Below, in pieces: positions 1 to 11,104 of a DNA stretch of 20,000 nucleotides (position 1 is its first letter; each line of letters starts with the position of its first letter). Where the stretch lies: assembly GCA_001600815.1 (NCBI GenBank), contig BCKZ01000021.1, positions 419,352-439,351 of the forward strand. The letters are read 5' to 3'. Under the pieces are notes generated by a model. It searched no databases. It was not told the DNA's origin and saw only the letters and a program-made list of their open reading frames with translations. The position numbers and the translations under genes are program-made. This stretch comes from Alloascoidea hylecoeti (Eukaryota).

Positions 1-1
1 T

Positions 2-3000
2 AATGCAGAACAGTATAAAGAACTTAGTTCAGAATCTTTTGTAATAACTGGTCAAGTAGCACTTCAGAAAAGAATTAGAAGGATTTTGATACAATTAGCT
101 GTTCCAACAGATGGTATAATCGATGCTTGGGAGATATTATATACTTCATTGTTGGATGAATTAGAAACAACTGAACCAGCAACATCTCTTTTAACAGAAA
201 AAAGAAATATGATCGGATTGTTGGCTTCTATTTGTGACTGTATTCTTACGAGTGATCCAGAAACAAACGCAAGAGTAGCAAATTTATTGCCAAAAGTTCA
301 TCAATTTTTTGGTCATATGGTTGGACTTCTTAATTCAACTAATCTACTTGTCTGCGATTCTTCTAAAGAAGTTTTGTCAAGAGAAGCAAGTAAGCTTTCA
401 TTACCACATACATTTGAAGCTATTCAAAAATTGATAGATCGTTCCATCAAGGTTAATGATATAAAGCGTAATTATCAATTATTTGAAAATATAATTACAT
501 TAGCAAAAACAACAATATTGAGAGCAGTAGAGGAAAAATTCCTTGTTGGTAATATTTTAAGTTGTCTTTGGACTATTGCACAATATCTTGATCAATTAAA
601 GGATGATAATATTCATTGTGTGAAGTTGAGAATACGGGCATGCCGAGCTTTTCAATTGTTGGAGAAACATCAAACTGATATAGGAGAAAGGATATCTGTC
701 AACATGTATTTTCCTATTTGTTCTTTATTTGCAACATGGTTTGAGAAATCTTCTTTTAGAAGTGATAATTCAAGCGATATTTCCTCCATTTCAGTTAGTG
801 TTTCGGATAGAAAATTGGCCGAACAAGAAAGTATTTATTTGGATCTGTCTACTGAATCTATAAAAGCAGCTGCTAGTTATTCCAAAAGAACCATTCTTGA
901 AGTCCCACATTCAGTTTCTGAGGATGATTATTTGCAGGCCAAATCTTCTGTGTGCAGTCGTTTCTTCACAATTGCTGTAAGAGGGTTAGAAAAATATGAG
1001 GGAATGAATAATAGATATAACAATGATAACGTCTCCAGCTTCATAGTTGCAAAAACATTATATTCAACAGCATCAGTTCCTTCTTTCGAATCTACAAGTT
1101 CGGTATCAAAACAAAATCAGAGATCAAACGTTATATCTGAACATTTAATCATAACACTAACGAATGTGTTACAAAAAAATATAGATGTTGGATTGAAATT
1201 TGCTTTACCATTAGGGTTTCATCAACTTCCAAGTATTAGACAAGCATTTATCAATGTCTTTATTGGCATCATTCAAAAGACAGCTACACAGGTTTCGGAT
1301 ACAACTGTCGAACAAAGAAATCTGCAGGTGTTAGACTTTTTGAGTGATAACTTGGCTGTATGTGTTGCCATTTGTGAGGTTTGTCCTGCATCAGATGTCG
1401 ATTCTCTTGCTTCAATCTTTTTGAACTTATATGAATCTAAAGGGAAAGGTCTTGAATTGGTGAAAGCAATTGTAACCAGAGAAATCGAAAACACGCAGAG
1501 GGTTGTTCAATTACTTAGAAGAAACAGTGTTGCGACCAAAATGTTAACTCTTTATGCTAAAAAGTATGGTACTGAATACCTTTACACAACACTTAACCCA
1601 GTTCTTCAACAAATTATCAACTCTCCTGATGAGCATGTATTTGAGCTAAGTGCTGATAAAATTGGAGGACATGAATCTGAAAAGAATGATAACATTGAAA
1701 AATTTATGAAATGTCTNTCAAACTTTATGGATGCAATTACCAGTTCTATGGATAAATTACCACAATCCTTTAGAGAAATATGTAGTACGATTCAAAGATG
1801 TGCTTTACAAAGATTTCCAGAGGCAGTTACAACATCTGTTGGAGCCTTCTTATTTTTGAGATTTTTTTGTCCAGCAATTGTTGCACCAGATACTGAGAAA
1901 TTACTAAGCGCTTCCCCAAGAAGAGATGTTAGACGGTCTTTATTGCTCATAGCAAAAGTTATTCAAAATATGGCAAATGGATCTTTATATTCTTTGAAAC
2001 TTCCACTTTTATCAGACAAAATGACAGAATTAAATAAAATAAATTCAGATCTTGTCAAATTTTTACATGAAGCAGCAGAAAATGATACTCAAAATGATTT
2101 AAGACACGATTTTATTAATTGTTATTCAGTATCAGAATCTAATCAAAATGGTGCCAAAAATGAAGAGCCAATTTCCAAAACTGAACTTCTTTTCTTACAT
2201 GAATATTTATATAACCATTGGTCTGATATTCAAGCTAGAGCTAGATCTTTTAATAAGGAGGATCCCACAACTAGAGCTTTACTCATTAATAGAGNATCCC
2301 TTGATCCATCATATGCTTCAATGACGGAAACATCTACATTAATGACTATTGATGCGAGTTCTTTTTCTAAATTAGATGAGTTATTGGAAGCTTTAGGATC
2401 GCCTAGAGAAACCACTAAAATTCAGGTTCCTAAAAATATTATTGATTCTTCAACACACGCTGGTACAGGTTTATATGATTTTATGGCTCGAAATGCATCT
2501 AAAGATTTCGGAGTAATGGAGGAATCACGTTTAGTTAGACAAGGCTCTTCTGGAGATGCCTACGGTTTACCATATTTGATTATCTCCGCTGGCATGTGCG
2601 ATAAAACCACAGTCACAGATCCAGATTTAGTGGTATATCGATGCTTTCAAATTTTAAGTAAAATTTGGGATGACAAATGGAGTATTATGCTTGATTGTAC
2701 TGGATTTGGGCCACATGGTTATTTCCCTTTGGCTATTATTACCAGAATACAAGAACTTTTACCACCCCAATATGCTTCGAATTGTGAGGGATTCCACTTC
2801 ATTAATGTTTCCACTTATTTTGTTTCAACTGTAGAGGGAATTCTTGAGACTTCCGCCCGAACCGATATTCTTAGTCCTTATTTTATTCCTTATTATTTCA
2901 CTTGTACTTTCATTGAACAATTACCTGTGAGCTTATTTGGATTGTCTAAAAGAACAAAGACGATCATCAAAGACACTCGTGTTTCTTTTAATGATGTCTA

Positions 3001-5680
3001 TCAATATGATGACCNAAATGAAAATGGAACAGAAGTTGATCTAAAATTATGTGATAAATATATCCAGACTTGCAAAATTGAGCCTGTTAAACTTCATGTT
3101 GGAGGAAGAATTATACATTTGAGATTAATCGATATTGTGTTTATTGGTGATGTTACTCAAGCTAGCATGTCAAATCAGATTCCTAATGGTTATGACCTAA
3201 AAATAGAGAATTCATCTACACTACATTTTTCAAGTTCTCAGAGAGTCGATATCACTTCGATGCTAAACTCTATGATCTTAAGATATAGCGATCATTCATC
3301 TTCGACATCTACAACCGAAAGCCCTGTTGTTTCTTTTAATGATGTTGTTAGCACATTACGTGTTGTTTCATATGCCGGTTTATTCAGAGACGAACCAGAA
3401 GTAAGAAATTCTGCTTATAATCTGAAAATTGCTCTCCAGAAATTTACATACTCAACAGGAAATCGTGATACTTCAAGTGCTGGCGGTGAAGTTGTTTACT
3501 TTCCCAAAAATGATATTAATTTTCTTTTACGTGATACTGAGTTTATGGCTAAAAACCATCCTGAATATACTTATGAAATGCTTTCTGCATATTTTATGTC
3601 TGTTGAAAATTCGATGTCAAATAAAAAGGATTCTAGTATTTTCTTAGCAAACTTTTTAAGAAATGTTTATAAATATGTTTATTCAGTTGATGGTAGAAAG
3701 GGTATCAAAAGAACTCAACAAATCATTAAAAAACTTCTTAAAATTCATGACATATCTGAAGATCATATTGCTAATTTCCATCAAAATGTATGGAGTCCTC
3801 TTTTTGAACAGAAAGAACTTTCACCGATGATTGTTGATGAAGTTATTAGTGCTTGTATTGATAAAAGATCACAAGGTCAAGATTGTGAAAGTATTTTATC
3901 AATTTTAACTATTTCACGTACTCTAGAAGTAACAGAAAAAGTTATTTATCGTTTGATAAACACTTCTGCTATTCCAATGGCTTTTGATAATGAAGCAAAA
4001 GCTATTGCTAATGCTCAAGCAAATTGGGCAGAACTGATTGTTCTTGTAAGAGCTTGTGTTGCATTATGCTTCAATAAACCAGAATCATGTTGGAAATACT
4101 TGGGTGAAATATGTTTTATTACGACTTCTTATATTGGATTTGGACCACAAATTTTTAGATTTGCTTTACAAAAGCTAATTATTAACTGTCTTCATACAAT
4201 TTCTTTGGATAGTGAGGCCAATTTGGACCATAATAAACAAAATGAAGTGAAATTGACAGTAGAGAGATTTTCAGGAGATAGAGCAAATTTATTATTTGGA
4301 ATCACAAAATCACTTGGAGAAGACAATGAAAAGAATACTTTAAAACTTGCATTTTTAGCACCGGGTATTGAAAAATTGGTCGATCATTTACTTGAATTTA
4401 TGAACATTGTTGGTAATGATGATCAAAAGAAAACCTGGAAATATAAATGGACAGATTTGGTTAGTGACTCTGCATTTGCAAGATCGTCAGTTATTAAACC
4501 CAGATCTATGATTGTTTTAGGTGTCTTATCCACAGATACAAGTGTTGATTCAGATATCTTGGTTGGTAGAATTGTGAACTTCCTTGAAAAAGTAATGGAC
4601 CCAAAGGCAATCCATGATGCTCAATTAGCAGAACTAAGATACTCAATGTTTGATTGTTTAATTAGGTTAACCGATGCATTATCTTCTATGTCTATTTGGT
4701 GGGGTAAATTATTCTGGCTTTCTACTCTTTGTTTCCAAATATCATCCATAGATTTGTTTTTAATATCAATCAAGTTATCAGCTAAGATTCTACAAAGAAT
4801 GGATGAATTAGGTCTTTTTGTAGATGGTGATGTTGTTGGAATATTATCAAAAGAAAGAGAAATTGTTGGTGCTAAAATTATGGATGAATTTGATGATTTT
4901 GTCGGATTGGTATACAAGCCTGATATGTTTGACAATTATATTTGTTCATTTTTATTAAAAGGTCTTTTATTGTCTTCTACCCGCCATCCAACTCTAAAAG
5001 TTATGGAAACGTTTTTGAATGTAAGAGCAAGAAATACTACAATTTATCTTTCCAAACATGCAGATAAAGTGGCAGATATTCCAGCATATTCTCTAGCTCC
5101 TTCTCCTTATATGACATTTTTATTTTTATTCTCTAGAACACACAGAGAAAAGAAGAATTTCCTAAAGAATTTTTATAACGAAACAAAATTGGTTCCCGTT
5201 GGTGAAGGTTACGCAGTTCCACAAATTTTGATCGATTATTTTGAAAGTGGAAGTGATAGCAGTATAATTTGTTTATATCAGGCTGCTTCTGTATTAAAAT
5301 CACCAGGAATTGATGATATTGTTTTAATCAAATTTCTTCGATGGCTTTTATATACTGGTACTAAATCGCCAAAACATAAAATTTTGACATATGTTTATAT
5401 GAGAAGTAAATTGGAAGAAATTTGTATTCAATCTTCATCTTTTGTGTTGATACAATCATGTCAAGGTGTTATCACGCAAGTTTTATCACATCGTGACTTC
5501 GATTATAGCGATGTCAATGACTATATGAAAGAATTGAGTCGTATCGTATCGCTTCATCATTTTGAGCATTTGACTCTCAACGAGTTGGTCAAATCTTCAC
5601 ATGATTTGGAAAAATTTGCTGATCGATATGGATCATTCTTACACAGGTGCTCTAGTTTAGCAACTAGTTTGGCATCTTGA
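2..5680 (+). CDS. IRA2: Ras GTPase-activating protein, Ira1/Ira2 / neurofibromin family (5'-truncated by the window edge)
   Basis: The frame is open from position 2, so the ORF-track TTG at 86 is not a real start. It has the RasGAP arginine-finger segment LLRRNSVATK and the FLRFFCPAIVAP motif. These are followed by a Sec14-like/PH-like region and a long helical C-terminus, as in NF1/Ira. IRA1 vs IRA2 cannot be distinguished. Confidence 0.93.
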   Translation, partial: NAEQYKELSSESFVITGQVALQKRIRRILIQLAVPTDGIIDAWEILYTSLLDELETTEPATSLLTEKRNMIGLLASICDCILTSDPETNARVANLLPKVHQFFGHMVGLLNSTNLLVCDSSKEVLSREASKLSLPHTFEAIQKLIDRSIKVNDIKRNYQLFENIITLAKTTILRAVEEKFLVGNILSCLWTIAQYLDQLKDDNIHCVKLRIRACRAFQLLEKHQTDIGERISVNMYFPICSLFATWFEKSSFRSDNSSDISSISVSVSDRKLAEQESIYLDLSTESIKAAASYSKRTILEVPHSVSEDDYLQAKSSVCSRFFTIAVRGLEKYEGMNNRYNNDNVSSFIVAKTLYSTASVPSFESTSSVSKQNQRSNVISEHLIITLTNVLQKNIDVGLKFALPLGFHQLPSIRQAFINVFIGIIQKTATQVSDTTVEQRNLQVLDFLSDNLAVCVAICEVCPASDVDSLASIFLNLYESKGKGLELVKAIVTREIENTQRVVQLLRRNSVATKMLTLYAKKYGTEYLYTTLNPVLQQIINSPDEHVFELSADKIGGHESEKNDNIEKFMKCXSNFMDAITSSMDKLPQSFREICSTIQRCALQRFPEAVTTSVGAFLFLRFFCPAIVAPDTEKLLSASPRRDVRRSLLLIAKVIQNMANGSLYSLKLPLLSDKMTELNKINSDLVKFLHEAAENDTQNDLRHDFINCYSVSESNQNGAKNEEPISKTELLFLHEYLYNHWSDIQARARSFNKEDPTTRALLINRXSLDPSYASMTETSTLMTIDASSFSKLDELLEALGSPRETTKIQVPKNIIDSSTHAGTGLYDFMARNASKDFGVMEESRLVRQGSSGDAYGLPYLIISAGMCDKTTVTDPDLVVYRCFQILSKIWDDKWSIMLDCTGFGPHGYFPLAIITRIQELLPPQYASNCEGFHFINVSTYFVSTVEGILETSARTDILSPYFIPYYFTCTFIEQLPVSLFGLSKRTKTIIKDTRVSFNDVYQYDDXNENGTEVDLKLCDKYIQTCKIEPVKLHVGGRIIHLRLIDIVFIGDVTQASMSNQIPNGYDLKIENSSTLHFSSSQRVDITSMLNSMILRYSDHSSSTSTTESPVVSFNDVVSTLRVVSYAGLFRDEPEVRNSAYNLKIALQKFTYSTGNRDTSSAGGEVVYFPKNDINFLLRDTEFMAKNHPEYTYEMLSAYFMSVENSMSNKKDSSIFLANFLRNVYKYVYSVDGRKGIKRTQQIIKKLLKIHDISEDHIANFHQNVWSPLFEQKELSPMIVDEVISACIDKRSQGQDCESILSILTISRTLEVTEKVIYRLINTSAIPMAFDNEAKAIANAQANWAELIVLVRACVALCFNKPESCWKYLGEICFITTSYIGFGPQIFRFALQKLIINCLHTISLDSEANLDHNKQNEVKLTVERFSGDRANLLFGITKSLGEDNEKNTLKLAFLAPGIEKLVDHLLEFMNIVGNDDQKKTWKYKWTDLVSDSAFARSSVIKPRSMIVLGVLSTDTSVDSDILVGRIVNFLEKVMDPKAIHDAQLAELRYSMFDCLIRLTDALSSMSIWWGKLFWLSTLCFQISSIDLFLISIKLSAKILQRMDELGLFVDGDVVGILSKEREIVGAKIMDEFDDFVGLVYKPDMFDNYICSFLLKGLLLSSTRHPTLKVMETFLNVRARNTTIYLSKHADKVADIPAYSLAPSPYMTFLFLFSRTHREKKNFLKNFYNETKLVPVGEGYAVPQILIDYFESGSDSSIICLYQAASVLKSPGIDDIVLIKFLRWLLYTGTKSPKHKILTYVYMRSKLEEICIQSSSFVLIQSCQGVITQVLSHRDFDYSDVNDYMKELSRIVSLHHFEHLTLNELVKSSHDLEKFADRYGSFLHRCSSLATSLAS

Positions 5681-6163
5681 TTAATATTTATGTTAGTATT
5701 TTTGTTTTTTTGTCTTTAAGATATAGTTCTTTAGTTAGTATCTGGTTTAATGTTTTTGCTTTTTATTTTTAGAACTTGTAATATATTATTATATTTATAA
5801 TCAATTGTAAGAGATCAGTGTGTACTATCGTACCATGTGTTGTGATTTGATAGTTTTGTGTGGCTATTATACCTCTCATATTATAATTATGGTTGAATTT
5901 CTAGTGTATTTTACTGCTTTTAAATTATACCAATCCGTCGAGTTGTGATCTACATTCTTAAACTTGAGTGTAATACATCTACTTCCTTTTGTAATTGTTA
6001 AAAAGGTCTCAAGAAATCATTAATAATCACACACCTAACATATCAATGGAAATGAGTTTGCAATAGGCTTGATACAACATTTATATAATTTCTGTATGAC
6101 ATTATATTGAAGTAAAACAACTATAACTAGATCTAGAGATATTATCAGTATTTACGTATAGGA

Positions 6164-6871
6164 TCATGTTTCTTTGTATACGTAAGGTGGTTCTTTAGCT
6201 TCGCAATCGAAATCCAGCTTTTCTACTTGTTTTCCATCAACATCTATAGCGCACCTAACACGATCACCAGGAACCAATGGACCAACACCCTTAGGGGTTC
6301 CTGTTAATATAATATCCCCTTTTTGTAATGTCATAATGGACGATGTGTAGGATAATATTTTTTGTAAAGGAAACAACATTAATGAAGTTGAATCATCTTG
6401 TTTTGGCTTCCCATTAACACTTAATTTCAACGTAACGTTACTTGGATCAGTTATAATATCTTTACTGATGATTGGAGATAATGGTAAAAATGTATCAAAA
6501 CCTTTTCCAATTGACCATGGTAAACCTTTTCTTTTTGCTTCATCTTGAACATTACGGGCAGTTAAATCGACAGACAATGCGTATCCTGAAATATGATCAA
6601 TAGCTTCTTTTAAAGTGAAAGTTTCGGGATTCAGATTCTTCATTTCCTTACCGATGATTACAGCTAATTCAACTTCATGATGAACTACTACCCCCTTTGG
6701 GATTTTGACGTTTCCTTCTTCTGGGAATAAAATCGAACTTGCGGGTTTTAGGAAGAAAAAAGGTTGAAGAGGAGTTTTATTTCCGAGTTCTGATACATGG
6801 GCAGCATAATTTCTACCAATGCAAAGGATTTTACCAGGAGTTTGATATAGTAGACGTGTCACTGAGCTCAT
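6164..6871 (-). CDS. FMP41: Fumarylacetoacetate hydrolase-domain protein (FAHD1/Fmp41, oxaloacetate tautomerase-like), 235 aa
   Basis: Motifs KILCIGRNYAAH, FFLKP, HHEVELAV, DLTARNVQ, WSIGKGFDTF and GDIILTGTPKGVG. The first ATG is at 6871; the ORF-track extension to 6937 uses a non-ATG start. Confidence 0.92.
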   Translation of the reverse strand: MSSVTRLLYQTPGKILCIGRNYAAHVSELGNKTPLQPFFFLKPASSILFPEEGNVKIPKGVVVHHEVELAVIIGKEMKNLNPETFTLKEAIDHISGYALSVDLTARNVQDEAKRKGLPWSIGKGFDTFLPLSPIISKDIITDPSNVTLKLSVNGKPKQDDSTSLMLFPLQKILSYTSSIMTLQKGDIILTGTPKGVGPLVPGDRVRCAIDVDGKQVEKLDFDCEAKEPPYVYKET

Positions 6872-6931
6872 GTCTAATTGGAACCACAAAAGAAGAAGGC
6901 GGTAGTGAAGATTGTCCACTGGCTGAGCACT

Positions 6932-6941
6932 AGCCAATCAG
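6932..6941. promoter_or_regulatory. CCAAT box (Hap2/3/5 / NF-Y-type) upstream of FMP41
   Basis: AGCCAATCAG matches the extended CCAAT consensus and lies ~60 bp upstream of the FMP41 ATG. Confidence 0.45.
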
Positions 6942-6989
6942 AACGGCCTACGATTTATATATTAAATTGACATGTCTCCTAATAATTAA

Positions 6990-7642
6990 TAGCATTCAAA
7001 TACTCCTTTCCATAAAACTCAGAATTAAAAGTTATTTGGTAACGTTAGCCTTCAATATAAGAAAATGTTTATCACAATTGTGGTCGTCATTATTTAAGAA
7101 AGAAATAGAGAGTAATAGCCGGTGTTGGGATAGTATTAAAAATGATGAGGAGATTTAAAATAAGATATAATGAAGGAGAGGCATTAGCGGTATCATAAGA
7201 AGAAAACATTAATCCTACTATTGGGGAAGAACCTAATATAATAGATCCATCACCTTTACATTTAATGATCAATGCTACTAAAAAACCGTAGATGTTGGAG
7301 CAAAAATATCATTTCTGAACAATATTAATACTCATATCGAACCAACGATGATAATATTGATCAAAACAACGTAATAACTTCCGAAAGGATTTATTATTAT
7401 ACAAAATTATTATCAGATGATGAATTTTCCAAGAAATTATCAGGATATATTAACTACCTTTAACAACTAACATTATTTGTCGATCTTATTTTCATGAAAT
7501 TGATAATAACTGATATGATGAATATGTTAAAGAACTCGATAAATTATGAATTGATGAAGATTATATAAAAATTGATCAATTACAAGATATGGTACCAGTT
7601 GGTAAATACTATGTAGTCTNGGTACTTAGAATGAATAAGTAA
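6990..7642 (+). pseudogene. Possible decayed coding remnant of unknown family
   Basis: Protein-like frame segments broken by stops and frameshifts. Examples: NDDNIDQNNVITSERIYYYTKLLSDDEFSKKLSG, and 7454-7642 CRSYFHEIDNN*YDEYVKELDKL*IDEDYIKIDQLQDMVPVGKYY. No family recognised. Confidence 0.3.
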
Positions 7643-7696
7643 TTTCTTTATTTAATTATATGATATATAGGTATAGTTACAATATTAATATGATGT

Positions 7697-8587
7697 TCAA
7701 AAATCATCCTCATCATCATCAGAATCGAAAAGATCCAATCCACCAATCTTTTTAGGACCGACGGCAGGTACATTATTTGAAGTAAATGTACTAACACGCC
7801 GTGCGTCCTGTTCATGAAATCCTTTGAATTCTTCATATGATTGTTTAGTTTCCTTATCAGCCTCTTCCTTTTTATCGCCGGCCCCAGTTGGAACTTCAGC
7901 TGTTATACTTATTCCTAAAACTTGTGATATTAATCTTTCTTGATTCTCAGAAGCAATTGCTAACATTCCTTTTCTTAAAGCATCCTCAGCAGGCCATACA
8001 AAATTAGCAGGACTTAAAGTATTAGAATCAGCAGTTGGTGGAGCAGTTGTAAATTTAGCTAACTTCATGGCATATTTTAAAATATCGTCAGCAGATACCG
8101 TTTTGATTCTATTTTTATCTTCATTTAATTTTACTTCATATGGTTCTTTTTTAGTTGGTAATTGCGATAGCATATTTCGACATTCTCCTAATTCAGATAT
8201 TATATGTCTTATTTTATTATCTAACTCTTTTTCATTTATCTCTAGTGTATTGATTTCATCATCACATTTTTCACTTTCTAAAATATATCTAATTGCATCT
8301 TTAATATCTTCTTGATTGTTGGTCAACTCCTCACCATAAGTAGGATCTGTTTGTAATCTCGATACTGAATCAACCAAAGAAGATAAGTTCTTCTCAAAAA
8401 TCGATACAGTATTTAATATTTGAGTTCTAGGAGTTGGAGATGTGTTTGTGGTTGGGATTGCTGATATGTTTAAGGGATTAGTTGATAATTTCAGCTTTGA
8501 AGGAGAGGTAAGAGGTCTGGGAGATGGAGCAGCACTTAGTGAAGGTTCATTTAGCTTTCTGAAGTTGGTTGTCGATGGAAAAGACAT
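7697..8587 (-). CDS. MED4: Mediator subunit Med4, 296 aa
   Basis: Coiled-coil middle, ILKYAMKLAKFTTAPP, WPAEDALRKGMLA, and an acidic LDLFDSDDDEDDF tail. First ATG at 8587. Confidence 0.9.
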   Translation of the reverse strand: MSFPSTTNFRKLNEPSLSAAPSPRPLTSPSKLKLSTNPLNISAIPTTNTSPTPRTQILNTVSIFEKNLSSLVDSVSRLQTDPTYGEELTNNQEDIKDAIRYILESEKCDDEINTLEINEKELDNKIRHIISELGECRNMLSQLPTKKEPYEVKLNEDKNRIKTVSADDILKYAMKLAKFTTAPPTADSNTLSPANFVWPAEDALRKGMLAIASENQERLISQVLGISITAEVPTGAGDKKEEADKETKQSYEEFKGFHEQDARRVSTFTSNNVPAVGPKKIGGLDLFDSDDDEDDF

Positions 8588-8635
8588 TAAACAACTGTAA
8601 ATGCTGATATTTGACACTTTTGGCTGTCAGTCTGT

Positions 8636-8643
8636 CCGGGTAA
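8636..8643. promoter_or_regulatory. Reb1-type site in the divergent MED4/LIA1 promoter
   Basis: Exact CCGGGTAA. A Cbf1-like GTCATGTGAC (8829-8838) and a poly-T tract lie nearer LIA1. Confidence 0.45.
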
Positions 8644-8943
8644 TCGTTAGTGTTATGTATCTGAATTTTTGAATAAGTTTTCTCTTGCTCTTACGCTGGA
8701 ATATTGAATATTGAATATATAATATGTTATTTACTATTTAGACTGTTTAATGTCACTTCTCAGCTGATATTATTATTATTATTATTTTAGCTATTTTACT
8801 GTGTATTTAAAAAGATTGACAGTGAAAAGTCATGTGACCTAAAAAAGCATATAAAATATAAACTCCGATGTCTTTTTTTTTTTTCAATAAATTTCAAGAT
8901 AATTCCGAAAATCCTACTATTTTTTATTCTATAAACATCAAAC

Positions 8944-9969
8944 ATGTCAGAACAACAACAATCACACGTCGATAAAATTGAAGAGGCAACACCAGAGGAC
9001 CTTTCTGCTCTCAGGTCAGTGCTTTTAAATGAATCAGGTAAAGTACCTTTGGCACAACGGTTTCGTGCTTTATTTCATTTAAAATCAATGGGAATTCCTT
9101 CTTCAAAGGGTGCTGAAGAAGCTATTGATATTATCTCAGATTGCTTTAGAGATGATTCTGAGCTTTTAAAACATGAACTGGCCTATTGCTTAGGTCAAAC
9201 GAAAAACTTATATGCTGCTGATATTCTTCAAATCGTCTTACAGGATAATAATCAACAATGTATGGTACGACATGAAGCAGCCGAAGCATTAGGTGCATTG
9301 GGTGATAAAGATAGTCTTGATCTACTAAAACATTATTTTGAAAATGATCCAATGGAAGAAATTAGACAAACTTGTGAGTTAGCAATTGCAAGAATTGAAT
9401 GGGAAAATAGTGATAAAAGTTCAAAGGAAGTTTTACAGAAATCATTATATGAATCAATTGACCCAGCTCCACCATTACCATCGGAAGGTAATGATAAGAT
9501 AATCAAATTACAAACGGTTTTAAATGATACAAAAGCTCCTTTATTTGAAAGGTATAGAGCAATGTTTAGACTACGTGATATTGGTACCGATGAAGCTGTT
9601 TTGGCTTTAGCTTCTGGCTTCGCTGATGATTCAGCTTTATTTAAACATGAAATCGCTTACATTTTCGGACAAATGTGTAGTCCTGCTTCCATTCCAGCAT
9701 TAATTAAAATGTTAAAAGATGAATCACAAGCTGGTATGGTTAGACATGAAGCCGCTGAAGCACTTGGTTCAATTGCAACTGATGAAGTTTTACCAATTTT
9801 AAAAACGTTTTTAAACGATAGTGATCCAGTTGTTCGAGAAAGTGCTATTGTTGCTCTAGATATGTATGAGTATGAAAACTCAAATCAGCTTGATTTTACT
9901 ATAGATGTTGCTGATGTTGAAAATGATCATGATCATGAGACAACTCTTGCATCTACAGTCGCTGTTTAA
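8944..9969 (+). CDS. LIA1: Deoxyhypusine hydroxylase (DOHH), 341 aa
   Basis: Four HE motifs in a HEAT-repeat dyad ([36 protein letters not shown]) and the SIDPAPP linker. Confidence 0.96.
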   Translation: MSEQQQSHVDKIEEATPEDLSALRSVLLNESGKVPLAQRFRALFHLKSMGIPSSKGAEEAIDIISDCFRDDSELLKHELAYCLGQTKNLYAADILQIVLQDNNQQCMVRHEAAEALGALGDKDSLDLLKHYFENDPMEEIRQTCELAIARIEWENSDKSSKEVLQKSLYESIDPAPPLPSEGNDKIIKLQTVLNDTKAPLFERYRAMFRLRDIGTDEAVLALASGFADDSALFKHEIAYIFGQMCSPASIPALIKMLKDESQAGMVRHEAAEALGSIATDEVLPILKTFLNDSDPVVRESAIVALDMYEYENSNQLDFTIDVADVENDHDHETTLASTVAV

Positions 9970-10297
9970 TTGGTATATATATGACATTGGCTTGTTAATA
10001 AAGACGAAGATGGAGATAAAGATGAGGACGAATTCGAAGTAGTTATAATTATGTTTTAAGTTTATTAATTTTTATTTTTTTTAAATTGTTTTGCTTCTTC
10101 TTTATATTTTGATGTTAATGAATATATATTTACTTTATATTAGGATGATAATTTGCAAAATGTAGTTTTGCAATTGTCTAGAAGTTGAAATTTAAATTGA
10201 AATTGTTCATAATTACAATTGATTGTTGTACAAAATAAGTATATAAAAATATGAATTTATGAAAAATAAAAGCATTCGAGCCAATGTTAATGTTGAT

Positions 10298-10875
10298 TTA
10301 ATTATTTGTTTTAAATCTATATCCGCATTTCATACACGTATAAAAAACAGTGGCCTAAAATCAAATAAAAGTTAGCTCACTCATATTAATAAAATCATCA
10401 GATGAAAATGAAAACTTACACCTTCATCAGCACTACGTAATTGTAACGTGTGATATTTCATTTCATCATGTCCACATTCAGGACATTTTTCTTTAATCTA
10501 TACATATAAATGTTTTTGTTAGTTCATAATCTCTCTTTAAATATTGAAGTTAAATTGAACATACAGTAGCACCTTCTCCAACTTCATCTTCCCTTAATGT
10601 AGTCTTCACCAAAGATCTTTTTGATTTTAACGTAGAAGGAAAGGCATCATCAGCAGATGTAGTTGTGACCTTTAAATTTTGATAATCTATAAGAATCCAT
10701 ATATAAAATATTAGTCAATATATTCATGAAATATTTATCAATGAAATATATATTTCATACCTTTAGCTTTGTATGATCTACCACAATCATCGCATATCAA
10801 ACTTTGCTTATCAGTAATAGCATCTATTAAATTGCCACAATCAAAGCAAAATATAAGACTTCCAACAACAGACAT
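10298..10875 (-). CDS. RPA12: RNA polymerase I subunit A12.2, 123 aa. Exons 10875-10761, 10686-10565, 10497-10420, 10354-10298
   Basis: Spliced translation MSVVGSLIFCFDCGNL...CDDC...IKEKCPECGHDEMKYHTLQLRSADEGATVFYTCMKCGYRFKTNN has two Zn ribbons and the QLRSADEG motif. Introns are 74, 67 and 65 nt, with GTATGA/GTATGT/GTAAGT donors, CTAAY branch points and TAG acceptors. Confidence 0.95.
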
Positions 10876-11104
10876 TTTTGTATGTTTTTTATGTTTAATA
10901 ACGTATAATTAATGAGATTTTTTGTTTTTTTACACTTTTTTTTTTCAGCATTATGTAATCATCGATGTCCAACATCACGTGTATATGTATGGGTGTTATT
11001 GAGTTACCCTCTTTGCGAATATTTGAAAACCTCCAATTTTCAGCTTCTTCAGTGTTCTTAATATTTGCAATTTTTACCTATTTGTTTGCTTATAAATATC
11101 AAAA

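Noticed and set aside
1273..4935. Short ORFs inside IRA (1273-1494, 2230-2415, 3429-3647, 4621-4935)
   Set aside because: Shadow frames of a long conserved CDS, with no recognisable protein features.
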